A stretch of DNA of 63,192 nucleotides, counting the filler, from Octopus bimaculoides (taxonomy: Eukaryota), in assembly GCF_001194135.2 (NCBI RefSeq). It is 7 parts of 6 records of this genome, joined end to end, with 100 filler letters (N's around TTAATTAATTAA, not from the genome) between each part and the next. Parts side by side here need not be neighbours in the genome. Positions count along the whole stretch, not along the records: positions 39,502 to 49,798 come from NC_068988.1; positions 49,899 to 60,414 come from NC_068987.1; positions 60,515 to 63,192 come from NC_068995.1; 4 more parts are not named here. One strand, written 5' to 3'. Below the pieces are notes generated by a model. The model saw only the letters and a program-made list of their open reading frames with translations, was not told where the DNA came from and ran no database searches. A program made the position numbers and the translations under genes. Every line of letters begins with the position of its first letter. Position 1 is the first letter of the stretch. This document shows, piece by piece, positions 48,293 through 60,770 of this stretch.

Positions 48293-49250
48293 TGTAGAGA
48301 ATGAACATGCAAACCAAATGCGATGGCGACGAACGGGAGAGGCTCCTTTTAACGTGTCGCACAGTCGACACAAAACATACAGTATAACATAAGAGGGCTT
48401 GTATATGAGATGCGAGGAAGAGCCAGCAAGGAAAGAGAGAGACACAACCGTTAGATATATATAGAGAGTAAGTTTATCAGGGTAGTCAACTGTGTGTCTG
48501 TGTGTGCGTGAATGCGGCAATATAAATAATAACACAATATATATGACAGGCCATCGTGTAAACAAGAGTGTGTATACATAAATATGTATGTGTGTGTGTG
48601 TGTGAATGAGAAATACAGAGCATGGAATGAGAGTTTGTAACATAGACGATAAGTGTCCTGAACAAAGATAAGAAAGTACCAGTTCATAGAAGAGTTACGC
48701 AGTAGGTAGAATGTCTGTACACAAGAGGTTGTGGCTTCTAGGCAGAGCTGAAGTGTCACATGTCGTGAGTAAAGTTGAGACTTCTATGCCAAGCCGGTTA
48801 CTTGAATGCAGAAGATTCTCGCAGGTTGTTCTGGCTGTTATTTTCGAGGTGGAAACAATCCACACAAACAGTGTTGAGAAGGAACCGTGGTTGCTGTTAG
48901 TAGTATGTACGCTGGCGACGTGATTGTAGAAGACAGTAGAACGGTGGTGTTGACGTCGTCGCTGGAAACTGGCTGGAGCTGTGTTTTGTGTGGTCTACGG
49001 CCAGACCTGAAAAGGTCTGAGGTCACGACAAACTGGCGTGGATAAAACAGGCTTATTTATAGGTAAAAAGGGGCTCCAGAAACAGCAGAAAAACACTCTC
49101 TCACATGACCTTAACAAAAGGCCACGATTAATTGATGTTCACCTTGGCGTGAAACAGAACTGGAGACAAATGCCATGCAAATAAGAGCCAATCAGGATGA
49201 TGGACACAGCAGGGTCCAAGCAAGCTGAAAGTTAGATGCTAGCCACTACA
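48293..49250 (-). mobile_element. Probable solo LTR, 958 bp
   Basis: TG...CA ends with a TGTAG/CTACA terminal inverted repeat, an internal promoter motif set and no ORF. No TSD was found (taggt versus ttcgc). Confidence 0.55.
49054..49192 (-). promoter_or_regulatory. TATA box (TATAAATA, 49054-49061), octamer (ATGCAAAT, 49175-49182) and CCAAT (49188-49192) within the putative LTR
   Basis: Motifs are directly visible and lie in the order CCAAT, octamer, TATA on the minus strand. Function untested. Confidence 0.4.
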
Positions 49251-49484
49251 TTCGCATTCGTAAATAAATACCCAAGAAAGAGGTTTCACTACAAGGTCAT
49301 CAAGTATGATATTTGTAGTAAGGTATACGGTAAACTTTGACAGCTGCTCATTTTGCACCATTATTATCTATTGACAATCTTCATTTTTTGTTAGAAAGAT
49401 GACACATCTATTTCTTTATTCTAACTTATTTTGCACTTTATAAAGTATTTATATATCATTTTTTACTATTTTTGTTTAGAATGT

Positions 49485-49798
49485 CAGTGTGCATACTAGA
49501 CAGAGTATCAGTACCTTGAGAGAAAAGTTGAACTTACGAAGCATCAGTTGTAGTGTGCAAGAGAGACGACTGTGCTGGTATGGTCATGTAGCGAGAATGG
49601 ATGAGGATAGCTGTGTGAAAAAGTGCCACACCTTAACAGTTGAGGGATCCTGTGGAAGAGGTAGGCCCAGGAAGACCTGGGATGAGGTGGTAAGGCACGA
49701 CCTTCGAACATTGGGCCTCACCGAGGCGATGACTTCTGACCGAGACCTTTGGAAATATGCTGTGCGCGAGAAGACCCGGCAAGCCAAGTGAGACCTAA
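49485..49798 (+). mobile_element. RTE LINE ORF C-terminus
   Basis: QERRLCWYGHVARMDE...GRGRPRKTWDEVV..DL...DRDLW. Confidence 0.92.
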
Positions 49799-49898
49799 NN
49801 NNNNNNNNNNNNNNNNNNNNNNNNNNNNNNNNNNNNNNNNNNTTAATTAATTAANNNNNNNNNNNNNNNNNNNNNNNNNNNNNNNNNNNNNNNNNNNN

Positions 49899-51357
49899 AA
49901 ATTTTGGCATGCAATAGGCCTGTAATTTTTGCCAATTGGGTTTCCTTGCTTTTCGGAACAAGCTTTGTTTCCGCCAGAGCCAACCAGTCTGGTATGCTGC
50001 CATCTCCATTGAGGGCTTGCTGGTACAGTTTAATAAGGTACGGTCGGTAACAGATAAGCTTCTTGTACCAGTATCCAACGATCAGGTCCCTACCCGGTGC
50101 TTTACCATCATGGAGTTTTTGAGGACAGTTGCAAGAATATCACCGTCAATCTTGTATGTCTTGGGTATAATCCCCGGACAATAATCATTTTTTTATTTTC
50201 TGCAGCCATAGGGCATCTCGGTTAAACTCCTTCTCTTCTCCCCAGATCTTTCCCCAGAGGGAGTTTACATCATCTTGCGAAAGAGGTTCAGTAATGCTCA
50301 CTGTCTTCCCTCTCACGTCTCTATACACCACTGCCTGGTTTTGGTTAAACTTTCTGTTTATCCTTCTACGTTCAGTTACTCTCTTCTGGTACCGGAGTCT
50401 CTCACTGACAGCCTTCAATTCTTGTTTGAGAGTGATTAGTTTGCACAAGAGGGTTGCTTTCTTACTGTCCCCAAACATTACTTCCATCCTTTTTTTTTAA
50501 TCTCTGCTGGTAGGACGTATAGTAGCCTGTTTCTTTGCAGGCGATAAGCATTGTCACGTGACTGATGGTCTTCCGTAACCATGCGATTTTCTTCTCTGTT
50601 TTCAGAACGCATGCTGGCACAATTCTCTCGGTTATGTTTATATGTTCATTCGTGTTGTTTGTTTATAGTGTGTGTGTCATTCATATATTGTTTCGTAGCA
50701 ACAGCCAATGCATATATACAAGCGTTAATCTGCCAGAACTAGGGTTCATTACATAGTTGTAGATAATCTCTTCCTATGTCGTCGATTGCTCTTAATATAA
50801 TCTCTTTCGGCCTTCGGTTTATTTTGGTAGAGAAGCCCCTATTTTCAAGGGCGTCTTGAAGGCGGATGGAATGTGTTCATGGAATATATTATTTAGGTCG
50901 TGTTTCACTGATGCATATTCTTCGTGGTCAGTGATATCGGTTTGGGTAAATAGGTCAACCACTTCAGCCATGGGTGGCTGGGGATGCTGACAGGGTGTAT
51001 CTGTTGAGCTTGATACCATCCCTCGCCTCCCACTAGCTATAGAAGTATTGCTAGAATTACTGCTATCTCTATGTAGCGTGGGATTGTCGTTAGCTACAGA
51101 ATCAACGGCTGTTCCATCGTCATTGTTCACATTCTCGTTTCTAAAGTTTGAAACGGTGTCAATTTCACTTTTGTTTGGAATAAAATTACACTCATTTACT
51201 TTTTTCCTACTTAAAACAAATGTTGCTTGTTGGCGTAATTGTTTTGCAGTAAAATTACTTGATTCTGGGTGTAGATCATACCAGTAGGATTTTAGTCTTT
51301 CCATGTACCCAACGGTCGGGGTTTCTTTAGATTTTTTATAACACTTAAATAAATCAT
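49899..51357 (-). mobile_element. R4-clade element, N-terminal region to the start of RT; 5' edge abuts (CATA)n
   Basis: CYKKS...GYMERLKSYW, RRINRKFNQNQAVVYR...LWGKIW, PDWLALAETKLVPK...NYRPIACQN. Confidence 0.85.
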
Positions 51358-51464
51358 TATTGTATGTATGTATGTATGTATGTATGTATGTATGTATATG
51401 TGTATCTTCAATTAGAGGTTATGTTAGCCTCATGAAGGGATGGTGTCATCCAAAGGTATATTTT

Positions 51465-51536
51465 TCCCCGCTGAAGATATTATGCTCAGAATATTTAATT
51501 GATTCACTGAGTTTTAATTGAAACAGCTGTAAGGGA
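51465..51536 (+). ncRNA. Type-I hammerhead ribozyme motif in a Penelope-type repeat (about 51405-51605)
   Basis: cccg-CTGAAGA(51471-51477)-stem II ctcag/ctgag-GAAA(51520-51523)-C-AGCT-G-TA-aggg, with a palindromic stem III and a GUA triplet. Confidence 0.62.
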
Positions 51537-51649
51537 TGATGTTTGATCTGTTGTTAATAATGAGCAATTATCAACTTCCCAATCGCCATTTTCTTTTTCT
51601 TCTGTTATATATATATATAAACATATACATGTATACGATGTGCGTCTAT

Positions 51650-51800
51650 TCAGCTTCTCTCTATTAAATTCATTCAAAAGGCATTGGTTGCCGCAGCTGA
51701 GTGAGCCTGTGGTACTAGGCAGTAGGACCCGACTAAGTTGCTTGAGGTGCTAAGCATTAGAATCGAACCCCAAACCACATTGTTCTTAACTACACAGCCA
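51650..51800 (-). mobile_element. SINE family A, very degenerate
   Basis: Residual aaggcattggttg...aatcgaaccc...cacagcc. Confidence 0.55.
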
Positions 51801-51920
51801 AGCCAAAACTAAGTGAACGTTTCCAAAACGTCAGTGGATTAATTCTTGCAGTGGTTTACTATCATTAGTCACGTTGATTTCCGCTGTTTACCGAGTTGCT
51901 GGAACGTTCTCTCTTTATCG

Positions 51921-51996
<76 letters not shown>

Positions 51997-52800
51997 GTTC
52001 GGTAGTTTTATTTTTATAACGTGCTTTCACTTCACTACCGAGCGCAGCTCTGTGCGCCTTGGGTATGTGCTGTGGTTTTCTGTGGTGCTCTTATGGTTAC
52101 TGTATTGAAAGTGTTTTGCGTAGGACGTGTGCTGTGCCCAGTAGTGCCATTTTTTGTATGTTATATATATTTGTAAGTCCTGGTGTTCTTGTTATCTATT
52201 TGTCTGAATATTTTTTTATTATATCTAAGGCACCTACTATAATAGGAATTGTTTCTGTTTTTNNNNNNNNNNNNNNNNNNNNNNNNNNNNNNNNNNNNNN
52301 NNNNNNNNNNNNNNNNNNNNNNNNNNNNNNNNNNNNNNNNNNNNNNNNNNNNNNNNNNNNNNNNNNNNNNNNNNNNNNNNNNNNNNNNNNNNNNNNNNNN
52401 NNNNNNNNNNNNNNNNNNNNNNNNNNNNNNNNNNNNNNNNNNNNNNNNNNNNNNNNNNNNNNNNNNNNNNNNNNNNNNNNNNNNNNNNNNNNNNNNNNNN
52501 NNNNNNNNNNNNNNNNNNNNNNNNNNNNNNNNNNNNNNNNNNNNNNNNNNNNNNNNNNNNNNNNNNNNNNNNNNNNNNNNNNNNNNNNNNNNNNNNNNNN
52601 NNNNNNNNNNNNNNNNNNNNNNNNNNNNNNNNNNNNNNNNNNNNNNNNNNNNNNNNNNNNNNNNNNNNNNNNNNNNNNNNNNNNNNNNNNNNNNNNNNNN
52701 NNNNNNNNNNNNNTCTACAGTTACTTGTTATGTTTCTTTTCATTATATGTTTTTGGTAATTTCTGGTGGGGAGGCTTTGGTCTTGTACAGCAATTAAAAT
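51997..52800 (-). mobile_element. R4/Dong element 3' portion (gap inside), between (TTA)n and (TTC)n(TTA)n
   Basis: Reverse complement of about 13960-14715, with the 3' end directly on (TAA)n. Confidence 0.92.
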
Positions 52801-52842
52801 ATTCTTCTTCTTCTTCTTCTTCTTCTTCTTCTTCTTCTTCTT

Positions 52843-52929
<87 letters not shown>

Positions 52930-53718
52930 TACATAATATGAGCTGAAACAAGAATAAGAAGAACTGAAAAGAAACCTGCATATGATTAAATGTGAGCAAT
53001 GCTATGTTCACGTGACTAAATTTATAACCACAAATATGTTACTTCATACTCAGACATGCGTAAACATCTGATGTTAAAAGTAATGTTATTAATTGCAAAA
53101 GCAAACGAACATAGCTATAATAACTGTGATAATTTACTAATTATACGAATCCAATTAATAACATTTTAAATCAATATAAAGCGTGCGAAACTTGCTTGCG
53201 TTCTTAAAGTTCATTTCACACTGTGGTTTTCAACATGATAAAAAACTGTGATGACTCTTTTTCCTTTCGATTCATAATGTAATCCACATAAAGAACGTTG
53301 TTGTTGCTCCTATGTATTGAGATTACATCTCGTCAGTTGAGGCAAATGCCATCAGTTGGTTTGTGCATGTGAGTCTTAGTTTTTGCTGTTGTTTTGTTGC
53401 TTTTATGCTCTACATTTCACTTGATGCATGGCATATAACCGACACGTTTAAAGTGTAAAATGGGAAACTTTTAAAAGAAGCGTGACTTGTAAATTACTTG
53501 TAAACACCATTTCTTTCTCTTTCATTTATGATACAAAACAAAAAGATGAAAATCAAAACAGATCAAATACTTCTTTAGTAAATAAAACCTTATAAAAACT
53601 CACCTATTCACACGCACATACATATACAAATGTAGGTACATATGTATATACACGAACACGCGCGCGCGGGCACACACACATATATATATATATATGTATG
53701 AATGTATGTATATATATA

Positions 53719-53760
<42 letters not shown>

Positions 53761-53765
53761 CTCAT

Positions 53766-54160
53766 TTACTCTTTTACTTGTTTCAGTCATTTGAGTGCAC
53801 CCATGATGGAGCAACGCTTTTAGTTGAGCAAATAGACCCCAGGACTTATTCTTTGTAAGCTTAGTAATTATTCTATCGGTCATTTTTGCCGAACCTCTAA
53901 GTTACGGGGACGTGAACACACCAGCATCGGTTGTCAACCTATGGTGGGGGGGGGGAGGTCAAACACAGACACACAAACACATATACATATACATATATAC
54001 GACGGGCTTTTTTCAGTTTCCGTCTACCAAATCCACTCACAAGGCTTTGGTTGGCCCGAGGCTATAGTAGAAGACACTTGCCCAAGGTGCCACGCAATGG
54101 GACTGAACCCCGAACCATGTGGTTGGTAACCAAGCTACTTACCGCACAACCACTCCTGCG
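53766..54160 (-). mobile_element. Composite: SINE A head (53998-54160), (CA/TA)n, family B (53766-53945)
   Basis: Best-preserved A copy in the window, co-oriented with B. Confidence 0.85.
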
Positions 54161-54913
54161 TATATATATAAATATNNNNNNNNNNNNNNNNNNNNNNNNN
54201 NNNNNNNNNNNNNNNNNNNNNNNNNNNNNNNNNNNNNNNNNNNNNNNNNNNNNNNNNNNNNNNNNNNNNNNNNNNNNNNNNNNNNNNNNNNNNNNNNNNN
54301 NNNNNNNNNNNNNNNNNNNNNNNNNNNNNNNNNNNNNNNNNNNNNNNNNNNNNNNNNNNNNNNNNNNNNNNNNNNNNNNNNNNNNNNNNNNNNNNNNNNN
54401 NNNNNNNNNNNNNNNNNNNNNNNNNNNNNNNNNNNNNNNNNNNNNNNNNNNNNNNNNNNNNNNNNNNNNNNNNNNNNNNNNNNNNNNNNNNNNNNNNNNN
54501 NNNNNNNNNNNNNNNNNNNNNNNNNNNNNNNNNNNNNNNNNNNNNNNNNNNNNNNNNNNNNNNNNNNNNNNNNNNNNNNNNNNNNNNNNNNNNNNNNNNN
54601 NNNNNNNNNNNNNNNNNNNNNNNNNNNNNNNNNNNNNNNNNNNNNNNNNNNNNNNNNNNNNNNNNNNNNNNNNNNNNNNNNNNNNNNNNNNNNATTTATA
54701 TATTTATATATTTGATCCTTTATATTGAACACTCAATATTTCATCTACATTCAATACTTTCTTTCATGGTGCCATCCATTTTTATTTTATTTTATATTGT
54801 ATATTGTATATTATATTACATATTGTATATTCCATATTCTATACCCCACATTAATTCTGCAGGAATATAAATAAAACATAAAAAACAGACAGCGTTGGAA
54901 CTCTTTTAAACAA

Positions 54914-54949
<36 letters not shown>

Positions 54950-56070
54950 TCGAAGGGTGTTCATTAAAGATTTGCTCTGACTCTGTTCTGGTTATTGCCG
55001 GAAGCGGAACTTGTACATGTATAATTATACACGTCTCTGCATGTCACATTGTAAATTGTTGTTTTCCAATAATATTCGTTTGTCTTTTATGGCTGCTGAA
55101 GAAGACTAAGGTGTTATAATGGAAGCAGTTGAATGCAGATCAGTGTTCGGGTTCTTGTACATGAAAGGTCGTACACCAAAAGACTTTCGATGAGACGAAA
55201 GGAGTTTGTGGTTACAATGCGCCATCATACGACCTAGTCAAGCTCTGGCAGCACTAGTTCAAATGTAGTCGGATATCAGTGGTAACTGCTCCCATTCCTC
55301 GACGACCACATTCCGCCATTCATGATGACACTACCCATAAAGTGGAAACCACTATTTTGGATGATCACCGCATAACTATTCGGCAACTAGCCCCCAAAAT
55401 TCAGTTAATTGTTGGAATCGTGGAAAAAAATCATTCACGACCATTTGCACACGCTGTAGTTATCTACACGACGGATCCCTCGGATGCTCACATCTTTTCA
55501 GAAGCAAGAACGAGTCAGTTGCTCCTAGGATCTTTTGGCGATGTACCAAGAAAACGTGGAGGACTTCTTCGGTAGACATATCACATAGTATGAAATATGG
55601 GTCCATCAATATGAACTTGAGATTAAAGTCCAGTTGAAGCAATAGAAGCATAATGATTCATCACCTCCAAACAAAGATCGTGTCCCATCCTCAGCAGGCA
55701 ACGTGATGCTCATAGGCTTTTAGGGCTAGCGCAGTGTAGTGATGGCGAATTTTCTAGCAAAGGGCAACACAATTAATGGAGCATAATTTGTTTCTCTGCT
55801 GCAGAAATTGCGGAACGCCATTTAAGCAGAGAGGTGTGGCATGCTGACCAAAGTAGTCCGCCTCCTCCAAGACAGCGCTCCAGTTCACAATGCGCATGTT
55901 GCCCAAATGAAAGCACACTCCTGTGACTATGAAATCCTTCCTCATCTCCCTTACTCTCCCGATCTCGCACCATCCTATTTCCACCTATTTTCAACCTGAA
56001 GTCTTTTTTTTAAGGGTAAGCACTTTTCGGAAGCACTTGTTTCCGAGGTAAAGTTTTGGCTCCAGACGCA
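54950..56070 (+). mobile_element. mariner transposon remnant, near full-length transposase pseudogene
   Basis: MEAVECRSV...DHRITIRQLA, WVHQYELE.K.Q, SAGNVM, LLQDSAPVH, HLPYSPDLAPS. Many stops. Confidence 0.92.
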
Positions 56071-56239
56071 ATCTACTGTCGACCGGTTTCACTTTCGCTA
56101 ACCATGACTTTAAACTTATAGTAATTTCGTATTTTCTTAAGAAGATTTTAGTCCTTGTTGTTTGGTGAGAAGTTTATGAATGATTCAACAAGTAGAAAAA
56201 TCTAAGGGGAGGTAATTATTTTGAATTCACCATATATGA

Positions 56240-56890
56240 AGTGTCACTGCAAAAATATGGATATCCATTTCACCATTATATAGGAGAAAACTGGAAAAGA
56301 TACCCGGATGATTGCTTTATCATTTGGAAGGTGACTGTTGATAAAATTTTCAGTACTAAATAATATAAAACCTAACATTCAATTCACAGTGGAATATAGC
56401 AAAGAACAGCTCCCTTTCTTATATATTATGATAAAGAAAGTCAACAACCAAATTATAACTGACATTTGTCATAAATAGTGTCTGATGAAAATGCTCGGGA
56501 CCTTCGTCTTCAAGTCCTCAGAACAACACTAACTGAAAGACAATATCCACCCTCACTTATAGACGATGGGATTAAGAGTGCTAAGAAATTAGACATTAAA
56601 ACACTAAGGGCAACAAAACGTAACACCACATCTCATCTCAAAACGTTACTCTATATATCACCTAACAACCCTAGAAACAATGAAGCATACAACACTATTG
56701 TACAAAATCTACCTATGCAAACTAAAGATCGTAAAACGAATAGCATTCTGAAAACACATAAATTCACCAAATGCAAAAAGCAACACGAATCGCTAAAAAA
56801 AGACTTCTAACAAATGCGAAGCTTTATACGACCACGAAACTAACGGTTAAAAAATGTGGACGCCCAAACTGTGGAACCGTATCAAATTTT
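56240..56890 (+). mobile_element. Penelope-like element RT C-terminal part
   Basis: WKRYPDDCFIIW, NIQFTVEYSKEQLPFL, L.ERQYPPSLID.GI, KCGRPNCGT. Confidence 0.85.
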
Positions 56891-58548
56891 ATTCCGGTCA
56901 TAACCATCCAGTTATTTTGGAAGTATATGGGATTGCATTTCCTTCTACATCTTGTTCTTATATAAGACGAAGAGCTGTGATTTGAAGTAGATCTAACTAC
57001 CAGTTAACAGAGCGGGTGACCAAGTGAAGGTTCCCACGTCGGCATGGTATGTTGGCGTCATGTGTGGCAGCAGTTTGTAGCATTTGTTAACACAACAGCT
57101 ACCAGGTCAGGAAGTTGGCTTGTTCGATCATGCCCGTCCTTATACCTCTATGTCCTGCGTTACGAAACATTATATGATGGTAAGGAAACGCCCACATTTA
57201 TGAGTGTAAGAGTGTATTCAGGTTTTTAACGTAATATTTTTAGTAGGTGGGAATATCTGAAATGTTTCTTTTGGTTGGTAGTCGCGATATCCATGTATAA
57301 TGATCTAAGAATTGAGATCGTCAAGATACTGTCATAAAAACAAACAACAATAACACAATGATAATTAGACAATAATAAACAGAAATAACAGTACAGATCT
57401 AATAGGAAAACAAAAGGAACTTCAAAGCGTGAGTAGCAATATAAGATGATTCGTTATACCCAAACCTAACCTCAATTTATCCTGACATATCATTTGTTTC
57501 GGTTCCTTGCATCTGAGTTCCAATCCCATCGGGCCCTATTTTGGTCGTAACCATAATCCGTGGCCATTATTATCATTACATCGAAGCCTTTGAGCTCCTT
57601 TAGCATAATCCACTGCTTTGCACGCATTCGAGGAAGGTCACCGGTTTGAATATAAATTATTTTACCTCGCCTTCCTTTCTACCATTGAAAAGAATTATGA
57701 GTACTGCCCGTTCTCTTGACTAAGTAGTGAATACATCGCAAAATCACATACATATACACACTCATCCATACACACATAAGTATATAAACAAATATATGTG
57801 AATATAGATATGCATATTTGTGTATGTACATAAAAACTCCTGCGTCTTCTTCCATGCAGTTGCATATGTACAAGTATATGTGCACATACAGAAACATATG
57901 TATAAGTATGTGTCCATGTATAAGCTTACATATTCTTCTAACGAAGTATAATTTTAATCAAATTTACAAATATAAAGGCTAACAAAAAGTAGGTTGACAG
58001 CCGGTCAGAGAGCAAACAATTCACACATTGTCACATTTACTCATATCTATAAGAACTGTATTATGTGTCTCCTTCCATCTGTTTCACTATTTGTATCAAT
58101 AATATATATGAATGAATAATATATCACTTCCAAAGTGACCAATGCTGTTTAACAGCGTAACACATTATATCAAATAATTTCGCAATGCTGAATGAAGAAA
58201 TAAATAGTGAAAGGCCATATTTAATTATGAATGAAGGGTGGCAGAATTTGTTGCTGCTTAACAAATTACGGAATACAGAATGCAGAATATTTAATTGGCA
58301 AAATCGCTATTTGGACACAATGCCTTGCGGTGTTTAGCATCATTAGCTGACTTCACTCTTGCTTTGTGTTCGAATGAAGCCGTGCCCAGGTGCAGCTCCA
58401 TAGAATCAGAATTAGGAAAATTGGTGTAAGCAGGGTTGACTGGTTAAGAAGATCATTTTGCAACCTCGGGGTTTAGGGTTCAACCTAGTGCTCCATACCG
58501 CCCAATTGTGAGTGAATTTGATAGGTGGAAACTGTGAGGAAGGCTATC

Positions 58549-58583
<35 letters not shown>

Positions 58584-59009
58584 NNNNNNNNNNNNNNNNN
58601 NNNNNNNNNNNNNNNNNNNNNNNNNNNNNNNNNNNNNNNNNNNNNNNNNNNNNNNNNNNNNNNNNNNNNNNNNNNNNNNNNNNNNNNNNNNNNNNNNNNN
58701 NNNNNNNNNNNNNNNNNNNNNNNNNNNNNNNNNNNNNNNNNNNNNNNNNNNNNNNNNNNNNNNNNNNNNNNNNNNNNNNNNNNNNNNNNNNNNNNNNNNN
58801 NNNNNNNNNNNNNNNNNNNNNNNNNNNNNNNNNNNNNNNNNNNNNNNNNNNNNNNNNNNNNNNNNNNNNNNNNNNNNNNNNNNNNNNNNNNNNNNNNNNN
58901 NNNNNNNNNNNTATATATATGTGTGTGTGTGTATATATATATATATAAAGAGAGAGAGAAAACTTGGGACAAGAACGCAAAGCATCCAGACACCTAGATG
59001 ATACAAAAA

Positions 59010-59480
59010 AAGGGACATGAAAAAACAAGGACAGATCATTCGGCGTTTTCTTTCTTCAGTCGAGATCCAGATTATCTTTGTAATTTCGGCTGGTTATACT
59101 CGTGATTGCTCCAATCTAGCCAGCCCCAAGGAAAAACTAAGCTAAAAGCACTAGATTCCTTGGAAGAATGCAGCGATTGCATACGAAAACAAGTACGAAA
59201 TAAATAAGACGGAGAAATGGTACACAGATGGTACACAACAGGGCATAGCAACAGGTATTTTTCGATTAAGGACGAGTTGAATTAAGGTGGCGTGTGTGGA
59301 AGTGAAGCCTTGCGGCAGGGATATAAAAGATGACAGGCATGGTGAGGAATATAGCCTGACCTTTCTTTCTTGGTTCGACTACCATCCGTGCAATATCTAT
59401 ATTCCCATCGAAAGACCTTACATAACAGCAAATTCGACGCTTTACAGTGCATGTTATTTATGAGCAACAATGACATATTT
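59010..59480 (-). mobile_element. Possible Penelope-like 3' end (degenerate GIY-YIG region and pseudo-LTR)
   Basis: HCKASNLLLC resembles TCKSSNLIYC, and a relic CTGAAGA...CGAA core is present. Weak. Confidence 0.35.
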
Positions 59481-59749
59481 GAGGGAAATGAGGCCAGATT
59501 CTGTGAATTAAGAATTAGTTAAAAGAAGTTTGTACTATTTGAGAGTTTGCATTGAAAGAACTAGATATTCTCATATTGATATTGTATTTCTTAGGACGAG
59601 GGCTGTATTCAATTTATTTGTTTATTTATTTATCTATCTATTATTTTTATTGTTATTATTATTTACTATTTATCTGTATGTTTGTTACTGTCACTTGCCG
59701 AGAAACACCCAACGTCCAAGGGCGAGTGACGAATAAGAGAAGTCACAGT

Positions 59750-60240
59750 AGGACTGAAATCTTGGGCAGGGGACAGTAGCAAAATATCTTCATGTAATAC
59801 AACACAAACATTTAAATTGATAGGAACAGCGATGTCTATCATGGTGGTCGACAACGAGTTTTCGTCAGTCATCCTTAGCGAGTTTTCTTTACTCCCAGCG
59901 TCTTTAGTTTGTTGCATGAATTGGCCATATAATTCTATTCATTTCTTTGTACTTACTTTGTTGTTCTTCCTGTTCTTGAATTTTCTTACTGTTTCATTAA
60001 CTATTTCGACATCATTAGTCCCTAATAGTATTTTTTCTTCACTCCATACAACATCATTTTTCAACCCCAATGTCGCAGTACCAAAATTGTCTTCTGCATA
60101 TATAAATTCTTTTCCCCACTCCTTTCTTCGTAAACAGAGTCTGTTCGTATCAGTTTTAGGGTAGTGCGCGGTATGCATTGTGAACAGCTCCCTAGTTCTT
60201 CTATCTACATTCTGTGGCTCGAACTGTATTTTCTAGAAGA
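59750..60240 (-). mobile_element. R4-clade post-RT fragment
   Basis: HYPKTDTNRLCLRRKEWG...LYGQF resembles LHPKS.VDRLY..RKEGG...LHGQF. Confidence 0.75.
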
Positions 60241-60354
60241 ACTAGATAGAACTAATTGACTTAACATTTAAGTGGTTGACCATTCCACAGTGATATTGGT
60301 AAAAGAAGTATACTTATATAGCGTTCGATCATGCTGCATCCATACATTCATGCG

Positions 60355-60414
<60 letters not shown>

Positions 60415-60574
60415 NNNNNNNNNNNNNNNNNNNNNNNNNNNNNNNNNNNNNNNNNNNNTTAATTAATTAANNNNNNNNNNNNNNNNNNNNNNNNNNNNNN
60501 NNNNNNNNNNNNNNATAGATAGATAGATAGATATGGATATATATACATATATGTCTGTATATGTTTGTGTGTCT

Positions 60575-60770
60575 GTATTTATCCCCCGAACATCGCTTGA
60601 CAACTGATACTGGTGTGTTCCCGTCCCCGTCACTTAGCCGTTCGGCAAAAGAGACCGATAGAATAAGTACTAGGCTTACAAAGAATAAGTTCTGTGGTCG
60701 ATTTGCTCGACTAAAGGCGGTGCTCCAGCATGGCCGCAATCAAATGACTGAAACAAATAAAAGAAAAATT
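60575..60770 (+). mobile_element. SINE-type repeat, family B
   Basis: cggcaaaagagaccgatagaataagtac...cagcatggccgcaatcaaatgactgaaacaa. Confidence 0.88.

Noticed and set aside
56890-57300. GC-richer block after the Penelope RT
   Set aside because: No consistent frame or motif on either strand, so it is left unassigned.
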